The notes beneath the pieces are model-generated. The model ran no database searches and was not told the DNA's origin. It saw nothing but the letters and a program-made list of their open reading frames with translations. Position numbers and translations under genes: made by a program. Below, in pieces: positions 12,373 through 24,100 of a DNA stretch of 38,602 nucleotides. The stretch covers positions 1-38,602 of the forward strand of contig JAUCBJ010004401.1 of the NCBI GenBank assembly GCA_032718475.1, in the 5' to 3' direction. Source of the DNA: Nemertoderma westbladi. Its lineage: Eukaryota > Animalia > Xenacoelomorpha. Each line of letters begins with the position of its first letter. Within the stretch, counting starts at the first letter, position 1.

Positions 12373-13813
12373 CTATAAAATATGAATAATGAAGAAATAG
12401 TTTAACATCAGTATTTATTATTTAAAATAATATTTATGTTCCGTTAGGAATACAGTAAAAGGACTGAAATTAATGAGAATGCATCAAACTCTTAAAATGC
12501 TATTACTGCTAATACTAAATTGCTATTATTAAATGAGAAAAACAAAACAGGACAAAATGTTGAAGATAAAATGTTTATGGTAAAATAACTAAAGTTAAAC
12601 TATAGAACAACTCTAAGACGTTGTAGTCAACCTCCGTCACGGAGCTGGTAGATTCAGCTGTCTAAACTTCTCGAACTACATGGGTAGAAGACTTCTCACC
12701 GGCTAGCTCCTTGTATATTTTCGATTTAGCAGCCTCAGCTTCCGCAGCCAATCCAATCATGTGATCACACCGGACTAGCTCATAGAAATAGTGAGTCCCA
12801 AGTGAGCAGTCGACCGAAACTCTGAGTGACTGGAGACGCAACGCACCAACATTCCGTATTTTTCTGCCTGTACTATAGTTCTAAAAACGTTCTGTAGGTT
12901 CTAGGAGGGATATAATACTGGCCAATGATCGCTTGACTATTTCATTGACCTAGTATGTTTGGGATGCTGGCATGGATTTGGGATGTGATGAAATACCATC
13001 CGAGATCAAAATATAGTTTTTCAAAAAATTTCAAAAATCAATTGCTACCCACATTATAAATACGGTACAACGAATTATATTCATCTTTTAGCTCAGCATA
13101 CAACAACACACAATTGGTTTCGATGTGAGCCTTGTGGGCCATTAACATTATAATAACTTTATGTGGAATTATTTGTAATAATATCGAAGTTTTCAAGAAA
13201 AAATAAATTAAATGTTAAACGGCCACCGTCACATGCTTGCAGGTTAGACTGTGTGTGCGTGCATCATGATCTAACTCAACGGACCGGCGGCCCATCAGGT
13301 CGTAGTTGTTGGGTTCCGCGACTTTACATCTCTGTCTGATAGCGATGGAGAACAAGAACTTGGTGTTGTTGAGCTTCAAGACTGGAGAACAGAACAACAG
13401 AACACCAGACACACCGATTGAGTTAGTGGTACCTGTATGCTAAGCTCGCTTACCTTCGTCGCTCACCCCACAACAAATATTGTCTATAAATTATTATTAT
13501 TATTCTGGGAGTTTCTAGATTACGTGAAATATTATAAATACTATAAATATTATAATATAAATATAATATTATAATATACGTGAAATAATAAAGATTACGT
13601 TAAAATGAATTTATGTTTATTTATGTTTGTTTAATATTTTTTGTTCTTTTGTTTATTGTTTGTTTGTTTATGTGCTCTGAAGATTAATGATTTACATCCC
13701 GCGTGCTGCACGCCACTAATCAAAATCAATCAATTAATCGCTAATCGGCCTTGTGGTGACAGATACCTGCGGTCGTAATCATATTCCCCAATTTAATTAA
13801 ATGATAACTTTAC

Positions 13814-13890
13814 CTTTCCGCTGGACCATTCTAATACGTCCTCATTGTCCTTGTCATTCAAACCAATCCACAAGTTTCTATTAGAAGAAT
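13814..13890 (-). CDS. Host gene exon: CTLD core (SSNRNLWIGLNDKDNEDVLEWSSGK)
   Basis: tttcag acceptor, AAG|gtaaag donor, 77 nt, phase 1->0; hallmark WIGL...W.SG. Confidence 0.92.
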
Positions 13891-15855
13891 CTGAAATGAC
13901 AAGATAAAAAAGAGAAAATCAGTCGCATGTTATATTTTACGGAATTGGATGAATTGTGATTTCGGGAGACTTGTTTTTATACTTGTTGTTTAACTAGCAT
14001 TGTTTCTGACTCTATTTTGAATTAATGTGAACCTTAACGCCTGATTTTGCTGTTTTAGCAATATTGTTCATCTATCGTTTATTATTCACATAGTCATTCA
14101 TTATGTCTCACTCAAATTTACTTTGCATATCTCCTGTGTGAAGATTAATTGTCGTTTATTACCATTATCTCATTCATAATTGGATAATTCCATCCAAAGA
14201 AAACCGATCCCACGACTCCCGCGTCTTTCGTTGTTATTAGGTAATTCTCAATTTACTTGTTTATTATGTGATCAACTTCATACACTGTATTTTCTGTTGA
14301 CTAAATTAAATTTCTTAACATAGTATCTACCCTATCTATTTCCATTGTTAGCTGTTAATAATGTATACAATCTACAAATAGTGAACTAATACATACATAC
14401 ATAGACCCCTACACCTATACGGGTTAACTATGGATTCTGTGGACAAGCTCACAACCAAGGGATCTGTGGACGTACTTATTTATTAAATATCTAGAGAACT
14501 ATCCAATGAAAATCCTTCAAATTTTCAAATTAGCTTCCTAATAAGTAATGGGAAATGTTTGCTTTTCAAAATTTAAAATTTTTCCAATATTTCAAAAATC
14601 ATTTTTTTACATTCACTGTGCGGACATTGCTTTTGGTGACGTCATAATTATGTGTGTTGTGCCTGAGTGTGTTCAGTGATGTCCACAAACCCCAACTGGG
14701 GTCAAGACACATACGAAAATTAATGTCCACATTCCACAACTAGTGTAACACATACAGTATATGGGAAAGGAAACTGAAATGCTTTGTTTTTATGCAACTT
14801 CATGGATATGATTCTAGTAATTGGACTACTTGGTCGGGTCAGTCCATAGAGATAATGTTCTTTTATTGTTTTTATACACTCGTGAATAATTATTGTAAAA
14901 GTTAATATTTCCCTATTAGTTACCTAAGGACTACTTGTGGTACAAGTTTCCTTAGTTTACTCAGTTACTATAACAATGGGTTATCATTTAGTCGATAGCG
15001 ATAGCGCTGAACAATCCCGCCTGTAAAGCAATGCATACAAGTTAGCATGTAGCAATTTGTTTTGAAAATACTTGCAGTCTCAAGAAATATACCGTAATAC
15101 TGCCATCACTGCTCAAAATATTCTTTTTTTCTGCGGGAAGACTAATTAATTGTAGGTTGTATATAAATACAAATAGAGTGGCGCACAACAATTAATGATA
15201 TAACTCTTATCATTCAATTATATTAATTATGAATTTTATGCTTTAAAATTATTTGGACCCTTCTACAGTACGTATTGTAAGAGCAATAGACGCTAAGAAT
15301 ATGTCTTATATAATAAATTAACGAGAACACACCGTTCTAAATACTGTCCATTGCGCACATCTGGGGACATTAGTTTTTGTATTGTTTTTTCTGCAGGCCA
15401 TACGGTATGTAGTTGCAATGGACATTAAGAAATTTTTTTATATATTGACGAAAACACACCGTTCTAAATACTGTCCCTTGCGCATATCTGGGGACATTAG
15501 TTTTTTTAGTGCTGGGAGTATTATAATAGGCCCTACGTATAGTTGCAATGAATGTTAAGAATATTTAATATATTTAGCAAAAACATACCATTGAAAATAC
15601 TGTCCTTTACGCACATCTGGGGACATTGGTTTTTCTATAGGTGAGATAGGCTCTACGTGAACCATGTCCTGGAGTATAGTGTCGTCATACAGGCACCTGA
15701 CCCCCCCCCCCCCTAGGGTTTTTTCTAAATATGTTAGGGAAATTTCTAAATGAAAATAGCGATTTATAAATTTTTATACTTGTTTAGAAATTGGTCACAT
15801 AGAGACTAACCAATTCGCGCGGGAAGGTTTTAAACTTTACATGCATTTAACTCAG

Positions 15856-16206
15856 AATATTATTTCTCATTTTTTCCTTCACTCAAAACCTATCTACACC
15901 GTCATTTTTTAATGAATTCGTTTGAAATTTTCAGTGAATGGTCTTGACATATTCACATATTGGCCATTGATCAGAAGACTAATGTTAACTAAAAAAATGA
16001 AAAAATATTAACTAAATGTGTTTTATTTTTGGCCGATATTTTCAGATTATCGGCTCAAAACATAACTTACGCTGGAAATTTCAAAATTCTGTCTATAAGT
16101 TTTATTGGTTAATGTCAAGACCATTCACTGAAAATTTCAAACGAATTGATTAAGAAATGACGGAGTAGATCGATTTTGAATGAAGGAAAAAATGAGAAAT
16201 AATATC
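15856..16206. repeat. Palindromic MITE core with inverted arms of about 95 bp
   Basis: 15856-15950 is the approximate reverse complement of 16112-16206. Confidence 0.75.
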
Positions 16207-17347
16207 ATATGCACAGCTTCTACTAAATAAAGTGGAGAGGGCTGCTAAGGAGGTTGGATTGCATATAAATGCTACCAAGACCGAATTCATGACCTTTAAT
16301 GTTGATGGAAACTTGACAACCATTGATAATAAACAACTAAGGAAGGTCGATGACTTCCAGTACCTAGGATCATGGATAGAGAGTAGCAAAAAGGACATAG
16401 AAGTTAGGAAAGCAAAGGCTTGGGTAGCTCTATCAAAAATTGATACCATCTGGAAATCACATCTCTCCAGGCACCTGAAGACTAAGTTCTTTCGAGCCAC
16501 AGTGTAAAGTGTATTTTTATACGGGGGTAAGACCTGGACACTGACTAAATCACTTGAACAACGAATTGATGGTTGCTACACAAGTCTACTAAGGGCAGCC
16601 CTAAACATCAGCTGGAGACATATGGCATACTTTTGGTATTTTAATTCGATATAATTTTATGACGGCCGATAAAGCTACCAACATCGACCGTCACTAATTA
16701 AATACTGTAAATTATCGACCGTCGTAATTAAATGCTGTAAATTATCGACCGTCGTAATTAAATACTGGAACCAGATCGACCGTCGTTATTAATGTTGACA
16801 TTATCGACCGTCGTAATTAAATACTGGAACCAGATCGACCGTCGTAATTAATAGCTGTTGTTGTTGCTATGATACCATGAATAGGCGGGATATTTGAATT
16901 ATGTCCTGCAATAGGCCTAGATTTGGGTACTGCAGCTGTACTTTACCGTACCCGTGCTGCAGTGGTATTAATATATTTAATTTCCGCACTGCCGTATGCC
17001 TTAATGCCTTCCTATGTTTTGTATTTATCAGTTTACTAACAGTAATTAATCAACTGGGTAAACTTACTGTTAAAAGTTCCAACTACAGTAATTTCGATGC
17101 AGTAACACAATAAATTGCAGAATTGTTCCATGTCGAATGTTTGTTTTGACTGTTGAGTTAATTCGATAAAAATATAAATTATTATTAAACATTATTATTT
17201 GTAGTTATTTATAGTATTTATGCATTATTTGAAGTTTATTCAGTAATACAGTTTGTTTGCTATAGAGGCTAGTGCACTTTATGTGTACTGTACTACTGCC
17301 CTGCCCTGAATATAGGCATATAGCTGTATAGGGGTAGACCTGGTATT

Positions 17348-17645
17348 ATGAGCGAACCTCCTCCATGCCCGAATTGTCACCACCATCAGAGTGCTTCCGG
17401 TAATGATACCGCATCAACTAGTTCAGCTACGACTACCAGTGGCGGGAACTCTGTTAGCTTGTTCAATCCAGGCCGATTACATGATGAAATTGCAAACGTT
17501 TTCGCACCGTATAACATACCGACTAGAGAGCGTACTGGTAGGAGAGTTCCAGCAGCCAGACGACTTACTTCAACAACTGCAAGACGTGCAGCGACTCCAC
17601 CTGGACGACCATTGGCTACCGAGTTCTCTAAACCCGTTATAGTGT
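17348..17645 (+). pseudogene. Truncated 5' end of a putative IS3EU accessory gene (MSEPPPCPNC...FAPY...FSKPVIVL)
   Basis: ATG-initiated ORF, more GC-rich than its flanks, facing inward from the left TIR; CxxC followed by a Ser/Thr-rich linker. Confidence 0.5.
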
Positions 17646-18289
17646 TAGCTGTTGTTAGCAAATACCCCAACGTCCGTTCCGACTTTGTCAGTAATTTTCA
17701 AACATTGTCCTACTGAATGCAACTGTCGAATTACGTACTCTACTTGTGCGTTCCAAATAACTATACCTCTCCATATTAGTAATGAACATGATACGAAAGC
17801 ACTCCTTATCAACTCCTACTTTGAATCCGGACTCGCCTTCGGTAGGATATAATTAAAAACATTTTAGTAGAAGAATCACCGGTACAGTTGTGTTGTGTTA
17901 TTTTGTGTTATTTGGAGTTCTTCAGTTTTTTAATAATTATCACTATGCGATGATCAATTTCGATTTTCCGGGGGGGGGGGGGGGGGGGGGGGGTAGGGTA
18001 TGGGGTGGGTTTTGAAATGTTACTTTTTCTCATGTAATATATGGTGGACCTGGATGGATCCGCACTGATGCACAGGCGAACAATGTCAACCACACTGAAC
18101 GGCAGGATACGGGGGGATAAACGCAAATTGGCAGTGAAAACAGGAGTGAAAAATAAAAAAAAAACGAAAAATATAAGTGGTCTTTTTGATAATTAAGTTG
18201 ATAATTGAGTTGATAATTAAAATAGTCATAATTTTTGACTGACAGACAAACAGACCAAAAGACAGACCGAGAGACTTAATAACGAGAAA

Positions 18290-18486
18290 CTTAAGAGAGA
18301 ATTAATACTGTTTACTAAGTCCAAGTTTGTTGCTGCGTGACTAATTCGCTGATACAAGTCGTTCAAAACATCAACATCACAGATGAGACTTGGTGAACTC
18401 TGGATATCATCATGAAGATGTAATTGTTCGCACTTACTAATTACAGACAATATCTCCTGGTGCATTATTTCAACTTGATATGCCAT
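18290..18486 (-). pseudogene. Truncated 5' end of a second internal gene, possibly the transposase N-terminus (MAYQVEIMHQE...)
   Basis: ATG at 18486 faces inward from the right TIR; helical-looking 65-aa stretch that runs into a cagac-type repeat. Confidence 0.4.
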
Positions 18487-18690
18487 ATTTAAACTAGCCT
18501 CTGGCAAACTAATATAAAATTACGAAACGAAACGAAGGTAATAAAACGGCAGGGCAGTACAGTAATTAATTACCTACTGCAGCACCGCACCGGTGCGGTA
18601 CAGTACAGCAGTACCCAAATCTAGGCCTATTGCAGGACATAATTCAAATATCCCGCCTATTCATGGTATCATAGCAACAACAACAGCTAT

Positions 18691-19180
18691 TAATTACGAC
18701 GGTCGATCTGGTTCCAGTATTTAATTACGACGGTCGATAATGTCAACATTAATAACGACGGTCGATCTGGTTCCAGTATTTAATTACGACGGTCGATAAT
18801 GTCAACATTAATAACGACGGTCGATCTGGTTCCAGTATTTAATTACGACGGTCGATAATGTCAACATTAATAACGACGGTCGATCTGGTTCCAGTATTTA
18901 ATTACGACGGTCGATAATGTCAACATTAATAACGACGGTCGATCTGGTTCCAGTATTTAATTACGACGGTCGATAATGTCAACATTAATAACGACGGTCG
19001 ATCTGGTTCCAGTATTTAATTACGACGGTCGATAATGTCAACATTAATAACGACGGTCGATCTGGTTCCAGTATTTAATTACGACGCACGATAATTATCA
19101 GCATTTAATTACGACGCGATAATTTCAGATTTAATTACGACGGTCGATAATTTACAGTATTTAATTAGTGACGGTCGATG
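18691..19180. repeat. Subterminal array: 59-bp dimer x6.5 built on a 17-bp core TAAT(T/A)ACGACGGTCGAT
   Basis: Units start at 18691, 18750, 18809, 18868, 18927, 18986 and 19045, with alternating 14-bp and 11-bp linkers. Confidence 0.95.
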
Positions 19181-20903
19181 TTGGTAGCTTTATCGGCCGT
19201 CATAAAATTATATCGAATTAAAATACCAAAAGTATGCCATAGAGACAACACATGACAAACGCCTAGCTTTATGGTACAATACCACCTGTATCAACCACCC
19301 TCCGTGAACGCTCGACCTAGTAGTAGTTGGAGAATCGGGAATCCTGGAAGGATCTCATTTCCACTGTCCGAGTTCGCCCGACCTAGTAGTAGTAGTAGTA
19401 GTAACATTCATTGCAACTATACGTAGGGCCTATTATAATACTCCCAGCACTACAAAAACTAATGTCCCCAGATGTGCGCAAGGGACAGTATTTAGAATGG
19501 TGTGATTTCGTCAATATATAAAAACATTTCTTAATGTCCATTGCAACTACATACCGTATGGTCTGCAGAAAAATCAATACAAAAACTAATGTCCCCAGAT
19601 GTGCGCAAGGGACAGTATTTAGAATGGTGTGTTCTCGTTAATTTATTAATATTATTATATATTCTTAACGTCCATTGCAACTACCTACATAAGTAGAACG
19701 TAGGGCATAATATAATACTCTCAGCACTAAAAAACTAATGTCCCCGGATGTGCGCAAGGGACAGTACACTATTTAGAATGGGTGTGTTTTCGTTAATTTA
19801 TTATAATGTCTATTTCCACTACAGTACGTAGAAGGGTCTAAAAAATTAAAGGTATAAAATTAATGATATAATTAATATAATTGAATGATGTGAATGTAAT
19901 TTGAATGATAAGAGTTATATCATATATCGTTGTGCTCCACTTTGTTTGTTTAAACATGAATTTAATTAGTGCCCCCGCAGAAAAAAAAAGTAGCAGTGGC
20001 CGTATTACGATATTTGTCCACATATTTTTTAAAAGATTTATACATGCTTGTATGCATAGTGCATGCGGGATTGTTTAGCACTATCGACTAAGTGAAAATC
20101 CATTGTTATAGTAACTGAGGAAAGTTGCACCACAAGGGGTGCTTAGGTAACTCATAAGGAAATATTAACTTTTACAATTATTCACGAGTGTATAAAAACA
20201 ATAAAAAAACATTATCTAGGGATTGCCTGAGCTGCATTGTCTCAACGACAGACCTGACTAACTAATCCATAAATAATTGAACATAACACATAACATACTT
20301 AATTTCAACCACAAACCGGGGTCGTTAAAAATTAAGCTCACTGGGGACATTGTGACGTCATAAAATGACGTAGATAATGTGTGTATACTTATCACTGTTA
20401 TAGTGGGGACATCAATATTTACACCCCATACACACCGAACACATACGAGTGCGGCTTAACACAAACAAAGTGGGGACTGAGCCTAAATACGGTGAAATTT
20501 CATATTTAGACTAATTTGGCAATGAAGATTTCGAATTTCCAGTCAGAACGTTCTGGGGACGTCCCCAGTTCGCGAAAGGTCCCCAGAACGTGGGTATTGT
20601 ATGGCACTTACGTCCACAGTATGTAGCGTTAACCAGTGCATACATACATACATACATACACCCCTACATACATACATACATACATACTACTTACTTGCGC
20701 GCGATTTATACTGTAATAGTAATATATGCCGGGGACATATAGGCCTTTCATTGATATATATTGATCTAAATAATAATATCACTGATGCCATGTAAAAGCA
20801 TATTATTTATATTATAGTTGCGAAAATAATAATCACACGTGATTACTACTGTATGTTTGTTAAACTCTGTATGTACTGCAGTAGCCATATATGAAAAAAC
20901 TAC

Positions 20904-21080
20904 GATATAATGGCTAATTTATTGACGATTTTGTACAATTTTGAATTCGGAATTTTACTGCAAGAGGGGCGATGTGATTGGCCATTTATTTGTTTTCTGG
21001 ACGAATCCGAAAGCTAGTAGCTTCTCATATCCAAGTAAAAACCGGTTTACTGAATTTTTATACAATGTCAACGAGAACAC
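20904..21080 (-). pseudogene. Disrupted candidate exon for the first half of the CTLD
   Basis: tttttaacag acceptor and possible gtagtt donor. Fragments FTW, EATSF, PLAV, IPN and VQN appear in CTLD order but with stops and frameshifts. It lies where the missing exon is expected. Confidence 0.6.
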
Positions 21081-21109
21081 CTGTTAAAAACCAGTTTTGT
21101 TATTATGAT

Positions 21110-24100
21110 CTTAGATTCTTTAATTTCACAATGTGAAAGTATGTTTTAAAATGAGCATTAGAAATAAAATATAACTGAAAGCAGCACAAAAGTAAAAATA
21201 CACTGAGACGGAGCAGCGATTAACTAAAATACAATATAAGACGGCGCTTGTGATGTTAAAAGTATATGTGATACCTAAAAGTTGATAATATTAAATCATT
21301 TGCCTCTCTAGATACATTAGGTTAATGGCCAGCTTGAGCGTGGTTGAAACGTGGCTTAGTTGCGGGCAAGATCTGTAGTGTTCTATCGAAGCAGCAGGTC
21401 GTGTGCAGAGCCAGCAGACACACAATTCTTCGGGTCTCCAGCAGCTTAATTTTTTGCAGAGTTTATGATGGTATCTGTTGGAGATCATTTGCGCTGCGGC
21501 TCGGCGACGTTTACCTTGCAGGTGTAGTAATGAGACATCTGGGTTGCTTGCAGGATTATCAATAGTTTGAAGTATCCTGGTGGATGACGCGTATTTACTG
21601 ACTCCGCACAAAGCCTTCCAAAAGAAAGCCCATGACCATTGGATGTGCTCGAGATCCTGGATTAGATCACTTGGAGTGAACACCTCGCAGCCATACGACA
21701 CAGCAGGGTAGACTACCGCCTTCCAGAGGCGGGATGCTGATTCGAATGAGAGCGATATGATGTTAACTCTCGTCGATAGAAGCACGCAGCTGGCAATGCC
21801 TTTGTTGTATAGATGGTCGTAGTGGGCTGCCGGACCATTCTTTGTTGAGAAAACGACACCTAGGTAATTGAATGATGGTGTGAATTTCAGAGCTACTCCG
21901 TTGTAGATTGCTACATCATTCGCCGCAAGTCTTCCTCCTCGCCTGAACTTTACTACCTTCGTCTTCTCTATTTTTTTACGGAGATATCATTATCCTTGCA
22001 GAAGACTGAAAGTGAATCAAGGCCCTGTTGGATCTGAGAGATAGAGGTACCGATAATTACCAAATCGTCCGCGTACATGAGGGTTAGACAGCCGGTGGCA
22101 ATAAGAAGTGCTGGAAGATCCGCTACATAAAGACTAAACCGGAGAGGCGAGAGTTTATCTCCTTGCATGATGCCGATGGTTTGCATTATGGGTACGAGAA
22201 CATATGATCCAACACAAATACAAACGAAGTTTACTGATAGAATCGCCCAAATGCAGCATATAAATTTTTGGCTAACTCCTAAGCTGGAAAGTTTCAGGAT
22301 GAGTTTTATGCGATTGATCGAGTCGAAGGCTTTGGTGAAGTCTACAAAAACGCAGTAAATATTACCGCCCTTGTAACTGAGAGCAGTCTTTATTTTCTCG
22401 TATAGAATTTTTATAGCCATTATTGTTCCACGGTTCTTCCTGAAGCCATACTGCTCATCCGGTAAGATATTTCTTCCCTCGGCCCAGTTATATAGTCGTT
22501 TCGTGAGAACAGAAGTGTATGATTTTAGAAAATTCGACAGTAGCGCGATTCCCCTGTATGAGTTCGGCGACGATCGCCCCCCCCCCCCCCCCCCCCCTTT
22601 CCTTTATATAGCGGCAGTAGATAAACGTACAACCAGGCTAGCGGGCAAACTCCAGCCGAGAGGCAGAGCCTAAAGAGCACCAGAATATAGGGCAATAACA
22701 ATCCGTATCCTGCTTTCAAAGCTTCGTATGTGATCCCGTCAGGACCTGGAGCTTTGTTGGAGCCGCTGGAGCTGATAGCATCGGTAATCTCGGCGGGATT
22801 GATAGTATCATCAAGCGATGGGCATGGGTTATCAGGCAGCTGTGGCATCTCAGCAGGTGGACCGTGATATAACAAGCTAGTGAAGTGTGTGGACCTTGTT
22901 TCTTCTGTAACTTGCTGGGCAACCGGTTTGCAACCTGAATTACTCTTGAGAATATTCCAGAAAGATGATTTGTCGATCTCGCATTTTTCAATAAGATCAT
23001 GCTCCTTTTTGGTTTCGAAAAGCTTCTTTTTATCCACAACGAGTCGTTTGTATGATCGCTGACATTTTGCATATTGTTCCCTTGTTTCTTCACCTGGACA
23101 TTCCTTCCGCCTTTTGTAGGCATTCTTAATGTCTCTTTGGGCGGCAAAGCACTCACGATCGAACCATGGCTTCGAATTCTTCGGCTTCCTGGCAATTGCG
23201 GAGTTTGTGATTGCTTCGGAGACAAATTTACAAACTTCATCAACACCATCGTCAGTAGCGACCATGAAACGATCCCAGTCCAACTGGTCATTTAATTTGT
23301 CTAGGTCGATCTGCCATATTGGAGTGGTTCGTGTCTGCTGGTTTGAAATGGTGGAAGATTTCTCTAGTTTGATGTTAACTCGCTGGTGTTTAGTGTCGTT
23401 GGTTTGCATGGTCTCTAATTGTGTTGAGTCAGCCAGAGGTTTCTCAACAAACACCAAATCGATCACACTCTGTCCATTCCACGACAAATAAGTAGGTGTA
23501 TCAGAGTCTGTTAGGCAGTGAAGATCGGCTCCGATTAAGCCATTGCATAGTAGATCGCCGCGTTGGCTTTCTCCATCTATTCTGCAATTAAAATCACCTA
23601 CAAGCATAAGTGGGTTGAGATCATCGAGACGAACTTTATTGATCAGTGGAATTAACTCTAGAAGCATGTCGCTAACATCTGTGTTTGGCTTGTATTATGC
23701 TAAAATTATGTTAACTGAAGCTGTTTTCAGCGCAAGAAGGTTCTCACTGCGGTGTAAACAGAGTTGTAGGCGTTGAGAGTTTTACATTCACAGCGGCTGC
23801 TAAACCCCCAGATGGACGCCCAGTGACGCCATGATCGCACGGCACACTTAGGCAATTGAAACCTGGGATCAGTGTATCTTTAGCCATAGTTTCTGTAAGT
23901 AGCAGGATATCGGTGTCCTGGAAAGTGTGGTCCAACATTGTATCTATGGTAGATTTGACTCCTTCAACATTCCAGAGGATTATGTTGAGCGAGTTGTTAT
24001 TACCTGCGTGATCCCTCGCAGTATTGCATTCATTGAAGGGCAATTCGTTGAGTAGACGACAGTTTTCTTGTGTTTTAAAATGTAGGCAAACGTTTGTGTT

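Larger units (their letters stand above)
16621..19241. mobile_element. IS3EU-like DNA transposon, internally deleted
   Basis: Perfect terminal TIR tatggcatacttttggtatttt...; 6-bp TSD gagaca (16615-16620, 19242-19247). TAY...RTA termini with a 6-bp TSD match the IS3EU superfamily as I recall it. Confidence 0.8.
16207..19403 (+). mobile_element. RTE-type LINE (family B) 3' fragment, split by an IS3EU-like insertion
   Basis: VGLHINATKTE...FQYLGSWI...ALNISWRQ ends at 16620 and resumes as HMTN..LYG after 19241. (TAG)n tails at 19318-19327 and 19384-19403. Confidence 0.9.
14418..20638. mobile_element. Foldback-like non-autonomous DNA element, possibly CACTA/EnSpm-like, sitting in (TACA)n and containing nested insertions
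   Basis: Termini tacgggttaac and gttaaccagtg. Arms at about 14850-15557 and 19402-20217 are inverted. Many TG(T/G)GGAC subterminal motifs; three units of about 128 bp per arm. Confidence 0.7.

Noticed and set aside
13213-13475. Possible solo LTR (TG...CA)
   Set aside because: No matching TSD and no second copy in the window.
18691-19180. CRISPR-like repeat/spacer array
   Set aside because: The spacers are only two alternating identical 11-14 bp linkers, there are no cas genes, the context is eukaryotic, and the array is mirrored in the opposite TIR.
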